Sequence record: MT884009.2
Direction: 5' to 3' (one strand)
From: Escherichia phage vb_EcoM_bov11CS3
Length of the DNA: 64,000 bases
The translations under genes and the position numbers were made by a program. Position 1 is the stretch's first letter; every line of letters starts with the position of its first letter. Shown here piece by piece: positions 45,786-56,607 of the stretch. The notes under the pieces were generated by a model. The model did not search any database, had not been told where the DNA came from, and saw nothing but the letters and a program-made list of their open reading frames with translations.

Positions 45786-48700
45786 TTAACTAGGGAAGTT
45801 TGTATAAGCTTCGAGATGGTATTGCTGGTTACCAGGTAGCATAACACCTATGCTTGCAATACCTAATGTTCTACCACCAGGGTTCCACTGAAACTTAAAT
45901 CCAATCCAACCCGAGCTTCTGGCTGCATCAATGTTGTCACTGTACCCAAAAGTGGCTAGACCATCAACACCTGCTCCGAAAAGCAGTTGTATCTGGTTCC
46001 TTGGTAGGCCAATAATTTCAGGTATGTAAGCACCAAAAAATGTAGGGTTGGTGGTTGTGGTCGGATTGTTCATTACCGGACCGGTAAAGACCCTCATATT
46101 AGACGTTCCTGCAGGTCTAGGGTAGGCCCCGTCAAGAGGATTTCCTTCCCAAATAAACCACTGAGGTGCCATCTGTTTGACAGTGAATGATGTTGAGGAC
46201 GTTTTGCGGCCTGCATCATCTGTAACTACAAACTTTATGGTGACATTCCCAGTAGCTTTAAATGTTACCAGTCCTGTGGTAGCATCCACTGTTGCAATGT
46301 TGGTATTGCTACTTTCCCAAGTCTTTCTAATCCCAGATACGTTGGAAGGGGTAATAGAAGGTTCCTGCATCTGCAGTTGACCACCCACAATCCCTATGCC
46401 GTTGCCAGGATTATACAGTGCACCAACCTCGTCTATAATGTTCCCTGCTTTGAGACTATACTTCCTTGAGAAATTGTAGGTTCCGTTATAAGTGTGTGTC
46501 CCTGAGAAGGTGACATCTGCCTTCCCGTAAGAGATGCAAACCAACGCATACTTCCTGTCAGGCAACGTTTCTCCAGTCTCTGGGTGAGTTTTACCCACCT
46601 GGAACACGCTCGGGTCAGTAGAGTCGTGACTATCGCTAATGGAGCTTGGACCGCCCATCAACTGTGACAAACAATTCCTTACCCATGTCCAGTTATTATC
46701 ACTGGAGAAGTCCACAGTCAAATCAAACACAACCCACTCATTCGGCTTCCACACAGGTGTTGCAATGGACTTGCCTACACCGCCTCCTTGGAGTGTTGCC
46801 GACTGTTCGGTGATCAGGGCCGCATAGGCCAGAGTCCCTAAACTCAGAGTCTGGCTTGCTGTCCTTACTACCTTAGAATCAGCATCTGTGAAGTTGTTGA
46901 TGATTTGGAATGTGCCATAAGTGTTTTTACAGGTAATTCTGGCGTTCAGTGTGTCAATCTTCCTCACATCTGCCATAGCAGTGTTAGACACAGAGAAGTC
47001 AGAAGCTTTAGCTGAGTTTGCCGCAACAGCAGGATCAACGTTAAGAGTTGCGTTGAACTGACAGGCAGGGGTAACCAGCAGCTTGTTATCACCTATTTGC
47101 TTCCATGAAACACTTTGAACAGGGAGATTCCATTTAATACCTGAGAAAACCTTAGCAACCCTTGGCCCCAAAGCTCCAGTCCTGTTGTCTTTACAGCACA
47201 TAGACATGGTGATCGTTGACGGAGTGGCCTGACCAAATAATTGCTGTGCTTTTGCAGAGGACATGGTGTAGAAATTGTCCTTAACAAACTCATCAGCGGC
47301 TAAAGATCCATCAGCCCTCCACCACTGGACCTGATACCCCGTTTTATCCCAACCACCGACCTGCTTCAAGTCCTCCCAGGAGATTTCCAGATCCCCAGTG
47401 GTAGGGTTGATTGCAGCAGTTCCCGGTGCTCCTGGTGACCACAATGGGATATCGAACCACGCTGGTTTAACCGACTGCACTGCATTAGGACCTATTGCAG
47501 CAGCAAGTTGTTGACCCATCAGCACGCGAGCATCTTTCACCAGGCCCCATTCTATCATAGACCCAGAGTAACCTTCTTTCTTGTAGGCAGAGGATCCGTT
47601 CAAATGGATGAGCCTGCTGCAGTCGAAGCCATACGCTCCACCACCGTTAGGATCTGCAAAGTTGGTTATGATTCTATCCCTAATATTTTTCCATGCCCTA
47701 CCTCCAATCTCGTAGTCATGGTCATAACATCTTTGCAACGTTGTCCAGCAAATGATTGCCATTCTTCTGCCACCTGTGAACCCGAAAGCGCCGTCATTCA
47801 GCTCTTTCCACAGGTAACAGTTGGTTGTCCACATAGCCCTGTGGATATTGAACCAGTTTATAGATTTAGCGGAGTTGTTCCACTGAGTTCCGGGTAATTC
47901 AGGCCACACTGCATTGACTAGCATGTCCTCTGTACCGGCATCCATTAAGAAACCTCTTACCTTCTTGCCCATACCTACCCTGTCTTTAGCAATCCAATTG
48001 CCAAACAGTCTCAGTTTTGGACCATAAACAACATCCTCTGGGTGCTCAAAAGAGACATACTTTAAATAGATTGTTGGGTCACCGTAGGTGCCATCACAAA
48101 CACTTTTGTGCATGTTTTCGCCAAGGTCTAGACGAAGCCCCGTCACTACTTTAGACGTGTCGGTGAATTTGTCTGTTAAGTCAAATTCATACCACCACCA
48201 CCCGCCACCTAGCATAAATTTCTTGCATCGCACAGCGTCTGTGTCAGATATTCTCTTATCCCCTGCAAAAGGTGAATCAGCAAACTGATAGTGCAGAGCA
48301 GTCTCAAATAGGTGGGTGGAAGTTCCGTTCTCTGCAAGAACTTGCTTACCTATCAGATCGCACTTAATGATCATCACAACACGCTTGTATCCGTTTGTTA
48401 CCGGAACTTGCATAGATATGGATGTTCCATCCATGTTCGATCTTAGATCACTCATGATGATATAGGGGTCGACAGCGTTACCTAAAGTTTCAGGCCCTGG
48501 AATTATCTTGTATTTCTTGACCTGGCCCATAAATCTGTCACTGGCGTAAGTTGCAGCCTCAAAACAAGAGCCACCACCAGGTAATTCTCCAGGTCCCCAG
48601 AAAAATGCCCCGTAGCAGTTATAGAACCACTTATTAGGATCGTATTTGTTCTTGAAGGTCTGGACCTCGTTGGCCTGTTTTGTCAAGAAAACCTGCGTAT

Positions 48701-51413
48701 CTGTAAAGATTGCAGGATTTACCCTTGCCTGACGCGGAGGGTAACCTGTAGTTTGGTTAAACCACAAATTACAAGAGTAATCCCTCATATAGTCATAATC
48801 AGAGTATTTGTTTACATCTTCGTTCCAACACATGTTTAGGTTGGTACCGCCCATGCATACAATATATTCTGCGACATACTTATCACTTCTGGTAGGAATA
48901 CCTATGAACCATCTGTTAACAGGCTCATCCCAAGCTGTGCGCTCATCTTTAACGCAGATAGCAATCCAGTCATGTGTTCCTGTTTTCTTGCACACATCGC
49001 GCTTCATACCGTAGTAGAACTCTTTAGTATTTGGCTCAGGTGCGCTTATCAGGTAGCTCCACGCCTGGTCTGCATAGGTTCCGTTGGTGCGAGGGTCATG
49101 ATCAAAGGCATACATGATGATCCTTTCCCCACCAAGATGTTCGCCAAGAGTAACTTTGACATTAACATCGCCGTAACCGTTGCGAACAACATCCATATTG
49201 TCAATAGAGATGCCTCTAGGGGTATAGGCAATCTTCAGCGAGTTATCCTCACTAGTGCCACCAAGTGTAATCCCTATGTTATTTGTTGTCCCGTCGGCAT
49301 ATCTTACTGTAGCTTCCCAGCGTATTCCGAAATATCCTACATCATGGCTGACAATTTTCAGTGTACGAGCGCCAGGGTGAGGTTTTCCAGGATCAGGCCA
49401 GGGGTCTGGGTGTTCGTGGACAGTCAACGACGTTCCGTTTTGCTCGTTAACCTGCAACATTTTACCACCTCTGCCGTTAGGGTTGAACTCCCATACGGCC
49501 TGTGTCTGCACCAAGTTGTTGTAGGTATTTCGTCTCTGATCATAAATCTCTTGGGTAACATCATAAGTGACTGATCCAGCATCCATTCTGTGGAGTCTGA
49601 CCATATACGATGTATCCCCTTCTACTGCAGGCTGAGTCCCATTCAGTCCGAAGTATACAGTATCGTTGACATGGAACTGTTTGTTTCTACCGACAGTATG
49701 CCACTTGCCGTTGGACGGATACGCAGGAACTATGGTGTTCCAGTTCAAAGTCCTTGTCGTGTAAGTTCTGCCTGTGCCATGCTTGTCATGATAGGTTATT
49801 TTTACAGAGTACAGGCCACGTCTGTTAACATTTCTGTTATACTGGGTAACAACAACTTCGTTGGCCCCGCCGTGGTTCCAGTTGGTGGAGAATTGGTAAT
49901 TTGCATCTGTAACAACCGTGCCTGCAGCATTTACCAGCTCAATCTTGTCAATAATGAACGTAGCCCCTTCTGGCTGAGGCTTCAATTTCATCTTGACCGT
50001 GTCACCAATGTAAATATTGCTAACGCTGCTAACACCGTTAACGTCGAAAATATCATCAACACCCCAACTGTCTACTGGGACATTTTTATACCAATTCTCA
50101 GGAACCTCTGTGAACCCCTGACTGTTAAGTCTGCCGCCAAACAGGTTGTTAGAGCCTGCAAAACTTCCCCTTGGGATGCCTGACCACCAAAGTTTACCAT
50201 TAACAACAGTAAAGGTCCCTAAGAAGCCTTCCCTGTGGATGCCTTGGAAATAAACACTCTCTGTCCAGCTAACTGGCAGGCGTTGCTCAACATATTTAGC
50301 TGTAGCAAGAGCTTGATAGTGGATAAAATTGGCCCTAGGGCTATTGTTTGCAGATTGTGCACCAATATCATTACACAAGTTGCGAGAGAATCCACGATAC
50401 TGCTTAGTGCCATTATTGAAGAAAATGCCACTTGTGCCGTACCCACGAGCCATTATTACCTCATGGGTGTAGGTGATATTTAAGGAACGCCATGTGTCAT
50501 CTCCCCAAACGTCTTGCCCGTAGAATACGTTAACAAGCTGCTGGTCATCGGGTCTATGCATCCTCTGTGTGGCAATTATTGCCCCGTTAGGACCACACAT
50601 AAACCCTTTCCACTCCTCATCTGCAGGAATGCCCCTCAAATCGTTACGAGTGATCTGCACAGGAGGCCAAACAAGGTCGTTTCTACTGTTATTTCTCAGA
50701 AAGTCGTATCCAGCAATCCAGAAGCCCCTAGGGCCACCGAAAATAACAGAGTTGTCATGCACCTCGCAGTTGATGCTTGGGTTTTTCCAAGGGCCTGTTT
50801 CAGGATTTTCCGATGTCTCACCGATCTTTACAGGGGTTGCATGCTGATTTTTGTCAACATGAAGAGAGCCGTAAGTATTATTGCCAGAGCCGTACAGGTG
50901 AAGCATACCATCAGCCTCTGGTGCAGCAATTACCCACACTGTATTGTTTACGCCACCCATTACTTCAACAAGTCTCTCAGGATGGGTGTCCAAATGCAAC
51001 CCTGTTACGATCTGTTCCGGCAAAGGTGTCCACTCTCTGACACAAACATCGTTTCCACCTGCTGCCTCCGATCCGATAAGACCAGCTGTGCAACCAATAT
51101 AGAAAAATTTATTATCGAATGTGCGGATTACAAATGCACGGTCAGCTCTCCAAACATGGTCTACGTTCCAAGCTGCCTCATTAGGATAGTTTATTGTATC
51201 AAGATCTCCAGTCCGACACTCTCCGAACCTATTATAGCCAGTAATATTAAGCTGACCATCATCAAAAAGTATAGCTAAGCTATTTACATAGGATACTGTG
51301 TTGCTTGTACCATCACTGTTGTCTATTGGGTATGACAGAACAGCAAGTTCCTTAATTCCACCCCTCTTATCGAGGAAATGACGACCAAGTTTTAGCAAAG
51401 GGATTGGAAGCAT
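45786..51413 (-). CDS. Large virion structural protein (1875 aa), putative tail fibre or adhesin with Ig-like domain
   Basis: C-terminal segment WESSNTNIATVDATTGLVTFKATGNVTIKFVVTDDAGRK resembles a bacterial Ig-like (Big_2) domain; ATG with SD ggaga. Confidence 0.7.
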   Translation of the reverse strand: MLPIPLLKLGRHFLDKRGGIKELAVLSYPIDNSDGTSNTVSYVNSLAILFDDGQLNITGYNRFGECRTGDLDTINYPNEAAWNVDHVWRADRAFVIRTFDNKFFYIGCTAGLIGSEAAGGNDVCVREWTPLPEQIVTGLHLDTHPERLVEVMGGVNNTVWVIAAPEADGMLHLYGSGNNTYGSLHVDKNQHATPVKIGETSENPETGPWKNPSINCEVHDNSVIFGGPRGFWIAGYDFLRNNSRNDLVWPPVQITRNDLRGIPADEEWKGFMCGPNGAIIATQRMHRPDDQQLVNVFYGQDVWGDDTWRSLNITYTHEVIMARGYGTSGIFFNNGTKQYRGFSRNLCNDIGAQSANNSPRANFIHYQALATAKYVEQRLPVSWTESVYFQGIHREGFLGTFTVVNGKLWWSGIPRGSFAGSNNLFGGRLNSQGFTEVPENWYKNVPVDSWGVDDIFDVNGVSSVSNIYIGDTVKMKLKPQPEGATFIIDKIELVNAAGTVVTDANYQFSTNWNHGGANEVVVTQYNRNVNRRGLYSVKITYHDKHGTGRTYTTRTLNWNTIVPAYPSNGKWHTVGRNKQFHVNDTVYFGLNGTQPAVEGDTSYMVRLHRMDAGSVTYDVTQEIYDQRRNTYNNLVQTQAVWEFNPNGRGGKMLQVNEQNGTSLTVHEHPDPWPDPGKPHPGARTLKIVSHDVGYFGIRWEATVRYADGTTNNIGITLGGTSEDNSLKIAYTPRGISIDNMDVVRNGYGDVNVKVTLGEHLGGERIIMYAFDHDPRTNGTYADQAWSYLISAPEPNTKEFYYGMKRDVCKKTGTHDWIAICVKDERTAWDEPVNRWFIGIPTRSDKYVAEYIVCMGGTNLNMCWNEDVNKYSDYDYMRDYSCNLWFNQTTGYPPRQARVNPAIFTDTQVFLTKQANEVQTFKNKYDPNKWFYNCYGAFFWGPGELPGGGSCFEAATYASDRFMGQVKKYKIIPGPETLGNAVDPYIIMSDLRSNMDGTSISMQVPVTNGYKRVVMIIKCDLIGKQVLAENGTSTHLFETALHYQFADSPFAGDKRISDTDAVRCKKFMLGGGWWWYEFDLTDKFTDTSKVVTGLRLDLGENMHKSVCDGTYGDPTIYLKYVSFEHPEDVVYGPKLRLFGNWIAKDRVGMGKKVRGFLMDAGTEDMLVNAVWPELPGTQWNNSAKSINWFNIHRAMWTTNCYLWKELNDGAFGFTGGRRMAIICWTTLQRCYDHDYEIGGRAWKNIRDRIITNFADPNGGGAYGFDCSRLIHLNGSSAYKKEGYSGSMIEWGLVKDARVLMGQQLAAAIGPNAVQSVKPAWFDIPLWSPGAPGTAAINPTTGDLEISWEDLKQVGGWDKTGYQVQWWRADGSLAADEFVKDNFYTMSSAKAQQLFGQATPSTITMSMCCKDNRTGALGPRVAKVFSGIKWNLPVQSVSWKQIGDNKLLVTPACQFNATLNVDPAVAANSAKASDFSVSNTAMADVRKIDTLNARITCKNTYGTFQIINNFTDADSKVVRTASQTLSLGTLAYAALITEQSATLQGGGVGKSIATPVWKPNEWVVFDLTVDFSSDNNWTWVRNCLSQLMGGPSSISDSHDSTDPSVFQVGKTHPETGETLPDRKYALVCISYGKADVTFSGTHTYNGTYNFSRKYSLKAGNIIDEVGALYNPGNGIGIVGGQLQMQEPSITPSNVSGIRKTWESSNTNIATVDATTGLVTFKATGNVTIKFVVTDDAGRKTSSTSFTVKQMAPQWFIWEGNPLDGAYPRPAGTSNMRVFTGPVMNNPTTTTNPTFFGAYIPEIIGLPRNQIQLLFGAGVDGLATFGYSDNIDAARSSGWIGFKFQWNPGGRTLGIASIGVMLPGNQQYHLEAYTNFPS

Positions 51414-51463
51414 TGTGTTCTCCAGATAAGAAAACCGCCCCGTCAGGAGCGGTTAGATATATA

Positions 51464-53209
51464 TTAACGTTGTGCAATTACTACGTCTACGATATCACCA
51501 ACACCACAATATGTTAATTGCAGCAAGGTAACACTATTAGCCTTGTTATTAATAACAGGCGTTGCCGACAGGATAGCATACTTATCGTGCAAAGTCACGT
51601 TGTGACCTACAGCATCCTGAATGACATAGATAACCGCAGTGAATGGATAAGGTTTATCTTCCGCTGATGTACCAGGCCATTGTCCTATTGTAAAATCCCC
51701 TTTCGCGTGGACAACATACATACTGGCCTGCCCGTTAGGTGTCCATGTCCCACTGGACGCGTCAACCTCCTCTAAATCAAAATCTACCTTTCCTGCGTGG
51801 AAAGTAGGGGCAGTAATGGTTTTACCCGCCTCAATTTCTTGAGAGGTGGTTATCTTGCCACTGGAGTTAATGCCATTACAAACAAAGTTGACATTAGAGA
51901 AGTCTGGCAGCCACCCAGTCACTGTGCCGGATATTTCAAGGTTGTGAAGGTAGGTGGTGCCCGTCCCTGCTGCGTTTAAACTAACATCTCCATTTACCTG
52001 CAAGTTTCTGGTAACGTTGCAGTTTTCAGAGTTTGCAGTTGTTGCAGTTAAAGTAGTGGTTGTCAGCTCGGTAATTACACCTTTGTTGGCTGTAAGCCCT
52101 TCCCCTTCAAAAGTTGCACGCTCATTGACTCTTAGGGTATTCAGAGCTATGTTTTGGATAGAGGCTGTACCTCGAATAACTACAGATCCGCCAACTTCTA
52201 AATCACCATTTATTAATGCGTCCCCCGTGCTTTCAATATAGCTAGGGTAAATCATGGTGCCATCGACAGAGTAGGTTATCCCTGTAACAGTGCCTGTCAC
52301 CTCAAGGTTCTTAACCTTGGTGGTTCCATCTACCTGCAATGTCGGTTCGGTTGCTGCCTTCATGGCATTACCACGAATGTACACGTAGTCAAAAAAGTTA
52401 TTACCTAGACCATCAAAATGCACATCGTTATTATTAGCCACTGGTTTCCCAGAAGTTATAGTGTCAGCTATAACCCTGTGGGTGGACACTTCATGAGGTT
52501 GCAGCTCTGTGCTTCTCCAGTCTGCATGCTTAGGATCACTCCACGCAAAAGTAAGTGTAGAAGTATTTGCCGTGAGGATTAGGTTCCTGAAGCGTGCAGT
52601 AGAATCTGCTCCATTAACAGGCCCATGTAAGGTGAGTGTGCCACCAACTATAGTGTTAGCAAGTTCTGTAAGACCTTTTACCACCAAAGACCCTACAGTA
52701 ACTTTCATTCCCTCCATGGCTTCAAATATGCTATCCACATAGTCAACAACAAACTCTGTGTTTGCTATAGACTCGGATTTGTCGTCCATTGGAGGCGTAG
52801 GTACTCGCGGGTCACCTTCGAACCTCGGACTGTTAAGTTTTGCGTAGTATTTTGCCATTACTGCAGAATCGGTATATAATCTCCAGTTTGGAGATTGTGA
52901 AGGATCTGCTGGCATTCTAACCGGGTTAGATTTTGATGCTGCGGGAGCGTACCACCACTGAGGGCCTGTGTCCCCTTTAAACTCGTACAGCTGGTTAAAA
53001 ACTGTTGTGGATGCACCATACGCCCAAGGGATCGGTGGCGTTTTAAAATAAAGGGTGTCAAGCATGGCTTTTCGTACCGTAGGGATGGTGGTCCCATCCT
53101 CTACGACAACTTCATCCACAGCGTTACCGTTGACAATCAGGTGCAAACGTTCAGAATCAACAATTACTTGATCTACCGCCTGCTCAAAGCTTGTCATGTC
53201 TTGCGCCAT
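51464..53209 (-). CDS. Putative tail fibre or tailspike protein (581 aa)
   Basis: Thr/Gly/Asn-rich beta-strand repeats; ATG with SD aaggaga. Confidence 0.55.
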   Translation of the reverse strand: MAQDMTSFEQAVDQVIVDSERLHLIVNGNAVDEVVVEDGTTIPTVRKAMLDTLYFKTPPIPWAYGASTTVFNQLYEFKGDTGPQWWYAPAASKSNPVRMPADPSQSPNWRLYTDSAVMAKYYAKLNSPRFEGDPRVPTPPMDDKSESIANTEFVVDYVDSIFEAMEGMKVTVGSLVVKGLTELANTIVGGTLTLHGPVNGADSTARFRNLILTANTSTLTFAWSDPKHADWRSTELQPHEVSTHRVIADTITSGKPVANNNDVHFDGLGNNFFDYVYIRGNAMKAATEPTLQVDGTTKVKNLEVTGTVTGITYSVDGTMIYPSYIESTGDALINGDLEVGGSVVIRGTASIQNIALNTLRVNERATFEGEGLTANKGVITELTTTTLTATTANSENCNVTRNLQVNGDVSLNAAGTGTTYLHNLEISGTVTGWLPDFSNVNFVCNGINSSGKITTSQEIEAGKTITAPTFHAGKVDFDLEEVDASSGTWTPNGQASMYVVHAKGDFTIGQWPGTSAEDKPYPFTAVIYVIQDAVGHNVTLHDKYAILSATPVINNKANSVTLLQLTYCGVGDIVDVVIAQR

Positions 53210-53218
53210 GATTTCTCC

Positions 53219-53485
53219 TTAAGCTTTTTGCTCTTCGTTTTTAACGTGGTCAGGGTGCTGGCAACCCCACCGGAGCGAGATGAATTTGCTAATAAGCTGG
53301 GGGCAAGCTACTGAAGGCGCGTATATCCACGCATACCATTCAGGAAGCGTATCATTATACCCCATATGAATAAACACCCCAGTCATCACCGCCATGCCTA
53401 TGTTCGACCATAGCTTAGATTGGGACACTTTCGTAGGGTCATCAGATGCCGCAACCAGTCCCCATAAAAACTGAGTTAGTTTCAT
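53219..53485 (-). CDS. small membrane protein (88 aa)
   Basis: Hydrophobic segments; ATG with SD aagaggg. Confidence 0.45.
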   Translation of the reverse strand: MKLTQFLWGLVAASDDPTKVSQSKLWSNIGMAVMTGVFIHMGYNDTLPEWYAWIYAPSVACPQLISKFISLRWGCQHPDHVKNEEQKA

Positions 53486-53496
53486 TTACCCTCTTT

Positions 53497-54540
53497 TTAA
53501 GCATAAGATATAGTGATCCATTGACCATTTACAAGTTTTTGGATAGCACCTGTCCAGTAATCACCTTGATAAGGGTGTTTATAAGCGTAGTTACCAGAGC
53601 ACATCACATGTCCAGGGTAGACTCTTGACTCTCTGTAGGTGGTTTTAAAACGGTTTGCTATCCTTACATCATCAACCCCTCTGCTAGGCATAGGGATAGT
53701 AAGGTTACCGCTACTGTCTGCGCCGTTACCATTTACCCTGCGGACCACGTTTCTTCCACCAACTGTTGCATATTGGCCCCTGACGGTTTCATCGTTACAA
53801 TCAACTCTTCCACCTATTTGAGCGCTTCCGCAGGATTGTTGTCCATTAACAGTGGCTCTTGGTATAGTAACTGCATTGGCATTTGCAGAGGAACTTTTTG
53901 CATCGTTGCATTCAAGATTTCCTTGGATAGCCAGTCTTGCACGGTTGGCAGTTATAGCATTGAGCTTCATAGCCGAAAACACAGGCTGCCCACCAGAAGG
54001 CTGAAATCTCCAACGGAACCCGTCTATTTGGTGAGAAGGATCATCAAGGTCTGTGCCGTCAGCACCACCGATGTTGTCCATAATCCAGAAATCCATAGTC
54101 GTCTTGTCTGGCGTTATGGTGGTATATATTGCCGCACTGTCTGTTGACGCAGATGCAAACTCGATTCTTTGGAGACCTAAAGTTTGAGTCTGAGTCATTA
54201 TGTCTCCAGACTTGTCAACATATAGATCGTCCATTTCTTCAGGTGAGTATACATTGAGAACTTGACGTGCAGCAGCTTTGTCTGGAACGTCTGCTAGATT
54301 ATTAGTGACCCTTAAGAATCTATTATCCCATCCTGGGACAACATCTTCTGTTAAATGCTTTAACCACGCAGAAAGCATGTGAAGTTCAAAGTTAACAACT
54401 TCACATGCCATTCTTTGTGTCATATCCCAACCTTTCAATCTCTCTTCTTTTTTTGGTTGAGACTTATTCAACTCTCCCGTATTTTCAAGCACAACATCCT
54501 GATTGGCCCAAATATCAAGAGGGATAACTGGTTTAGTCAT
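53497..54540 (-). CDS. Tail fibre or receptor-binding protein, paralogue 1 (about 347 aa)
   Basis: Paralogous to 55555-56595: shared N-terminus PL(D/E)IWA and C-terminus QKLVNGQWIT(I/V)(S/N)YA; ATG with SD aggaga. Confidence 0.6.
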   Translation of the reverse strand: MTKPVIPLDIWANQDVVLENTGELNKSQPKKEERLKGWDMTQRMACEVVNFELHMLSAWLKHLTEDVVPGWDNRFLRVTNNLADVPDKAAARQVLNVYSPEEMDDLYVDKSGDIMTQTQTLGLQRIEFASASTDSAAIYTTITPDKTTMDFWIMDNIGGADGTDLDDPSHQIDGFRWRFQPSGGQPVFSAMKLNAITANRARLAIQGNLECNDAKSSSANANAVTIPRATVNGQQSCGSAQIGGRVDCNDETVRGQYATVGGRNVVRRVNGNGADSSGNLTIPMPSRGVDDVRIANRFKTTYRESRVYPGHVMCSGNYAYKHPYQGDYWTGAIQKLVNGQWITISYA

Positions 54541-54629
54541 CACGTTCTCCTGAGAAAATTCCTTAGGACTATTTTAACACTTTAGAGAACAAAATGCAAG
54601 AACGGAGTCCTTTCCGTTCTGACCTTTGT

Positions 54630-54944
54630 TTACCTTTTACTATGCTCTACGAGCATGTGCAAAATCTTTTGTACATCAGCTCGGATGCCGGAGACATCTG
54701 TCCTGACATCCTGCTTAAGGTCGTTAATATCGGCCTCTAGCTTGCTTAACCGGGTCTCGATAACGGAATCAAGTCTATCTTTTGTAACCATACTGTTTTT
54801 CACTAAGATGAGGTCTTTCTCCAGCTCATCTAACCTCTTGGAAATGCCTTTCCATTTGGTGTGCCACTGGTTGAAAGCCCATACACAGATCGGGACAACG
54901 GTACCCATGCAGATACCGTATAATGCCGCCAAATCCAACTCCAC
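54630..54944 (-). CDS. membrane-anchored coiled-coil protein (104 aa), GTG start
   Basis: N-terminal TM segment; GTG with strong SD gaggagg. Confidence 0.45.
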   Translation of the reverse strand: MELDLAALYGICMGTVVPICVWAFNQWHTKWKGISKRLDELEKDLILVKNSMVTKDRLDSVIETRLSKLEADINDLKQDVRTDVSGIRADVQKILHMLVEHSKR

Positions 54945-54955
54945 AACACCTCCTC

Positions 54956-55540
54956 TTAGAGGGTAGGTCGCTCCGGGAAGAAAATGTCAGGGGCTTTAGA
55001 TGTATCTATTTCAAGAAGTTTTACCCTGTACATTTTCAAATCTCTGATGTTACGTTTCTGGTCATCAGTAAGATCATATTCAAGGTCAATCATGTCTTGA
55101 TAGGCACCAATTCTAGCAGTAGCCCAAGCAAGTTCTGTCTCTATGACACCCTCTGCCTGTTGAACAAAGAATTCATTGTCTGTGACAAATTCATCACCAA
55201 CTAAACGCAAAGCGTCGTGGTGAAGCATAATGTTTTCTGGTACCTCTTCTTTTTTGGCGATAACCACACGAAGACCTGGAGCAGGCCATAAGGCATCAGG
55301 TTCTTCTGTAGATGTCTTAAGAATTCCCTTTTCGTCAACAAGTAGGAAGATACAACCCGGATTTTCTTGTCGTAATGTTCGTGACTGCACATACCAATCG
55401 CCATCATCATTACGTAAAAAATACCCAGTGTATGCGGTGTAATCCTCAACCTCTTGAGGGGTCAGCTCTTTGGTTTCCTTGTTGGCGTGGTATTCGCCAG
55501 ATCCCGGCTGGTAAAGTTTAAACTCTTGAAGTATTTTCAT
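54956..55540 (-). CDS. hypothetical protein (194 aa)
   Basis: ATG start; track ORF. Confidence 0.5.
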   Translation of the reverse strand: MKILQEFKLYQPGSGEYHANKETKELTPQEVEDYTAYTGYFLRNDDGDWYVQSRTLRQENPGCIFLLVDEKGILKTSTEEPDALWPAPGLRVVIAKKEEVPENIMLHHDALRLVGDEFVTDNEFFVQQAEGVIETELAWATARIGAYQDMIDLEYDLTDDQKRNIRDLKMYRVKLLEIDTSKAPDIFFPERPTL

Positions 55541-55554
55541 GCTAGTCCTCCGAT

Positions 55555-56595
55555 CTATGCATAATTAACAGTGATCCATTGACCGTTTACAAGTTTTTGT
55601 AAAGGTCCTGCCCAGTAAGTTGAACCACGCATCTCTTTTTTGTCACCGAAATGCCAGCCTGTGACAACGTAGCCGTTGCGGATTGGAGATTCAGAAACGC
55701 CGTCCACAAGTCTTGCACCGATTCTGATGTCTTGCACACCTGTCTGCGGGATAGTGATCGTTACATCACCGTTACCGTTAGCCGTCACTCCGTTCACAGA
55801 GCGAACCACATTTCTGTTACCGACAACACAGTGCTGGCTTCTTACAACCATACTGTCACAACTTGCACCACCATTAACATATACTGACCCAGCAGTCAAT
55901 TGACTAGCCACATTACAGTTGGTGAATGTTGCGGTATTGCTGATAGTAAGGTTATTACACCTCATGTTATCGACAACTTCAACATTGCCTACCACTTTCA
56001 ACAGCGCACGGTTAGCTGTGATCGCGTTAAGGTACATCAAAGTGAACTCTGGATTAATATCCGGCTGAGTTGGCTGGAATCTCCAACGAAACGCATCTAT
56101 TGTAGATGTGCCACCATCATCAAACGACCCAAAATTATCACTTAACCCAAAGTCGAGAGTTGTCTTATCTGGGCCAATAGTTGTCTCTATCCAAGCCTTA
56201 TCTGTCTCGGCAGCTTTAAAGTTGATACGTTGCAAACCCAATGGGCCTGTCATTGTATCACCTGTAACTTTTACATACCTGGCGTCTGCCTCTTCCTTGG
56301 TAATAATCCCAAGGTTTCTACGGGCAACAGGAATGTTCAAAAGATCACTCAAGTTATTATCACGTACCAGATAACGGCCTTCTTGAGCGGGGATCTGCTC
56401 GTCAGCAATGTATTTTGCCCAAGTTCCGAGCATATTGAAAATATAGTTAAGTTCTTCACATGAGGGCTTTTGACCAAGATCCCAACCTTTTCTCCACAAA
56501 TCATCAATCGGGCGTAGCCTGTTCTGTCTGTGGGTGTTAGGCAGAACCTGATCCTCCTCTGCCCAAATCTCTAATGGAAAACTAGGTTTTGACAT
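55555..56595 (-). CDS. Tail fibre or receptor-binding protein, paralogue 2 (346 aa)
   Basis: Paralogous to 53497-54540. Confidence 0.6.
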   Translation of the reverse strand: MSKPSFPLEIWAEEDQVLPNTHRQNRLRPIDDLWRKGWDLGQKPSCEELNYIFNMLGTWAKYIADEQIPAQEGRYLVRDNNLSDLLNIPVARRNLGIITKEEADARYVKVTGDTMTGPLGLQRINFKAAETDKAWIETTIGPDKTTLDFGLSDNFGSFDDGGTSTIDAFRWRFQPTQPDINPEFTLMYLNAITANRALLKVVGNVEVVDNMRCNNLTISNTATFTNCNVASQLTAGSVYVNGGASCDSMVVRSQHCVVGNRNVVRSVNGVTANGNGDVTITIPQTGVQDIRIGARLVDGVSESPIRNGYVVTGWHFGDKKEMRGSTYWAGPLQKLVNGQWITVNYA

Positions 56596-56607
56596 TTTAT
56601 CTCCTGA

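Noticed and set aside
53497-56595. Diversity-generating retroelement acting on the paralogous fibre genes
   Set aside because: No reverse transcriptase ORF in the window, and the differences are spread across the proteins rather than confined to a short variable repeat.
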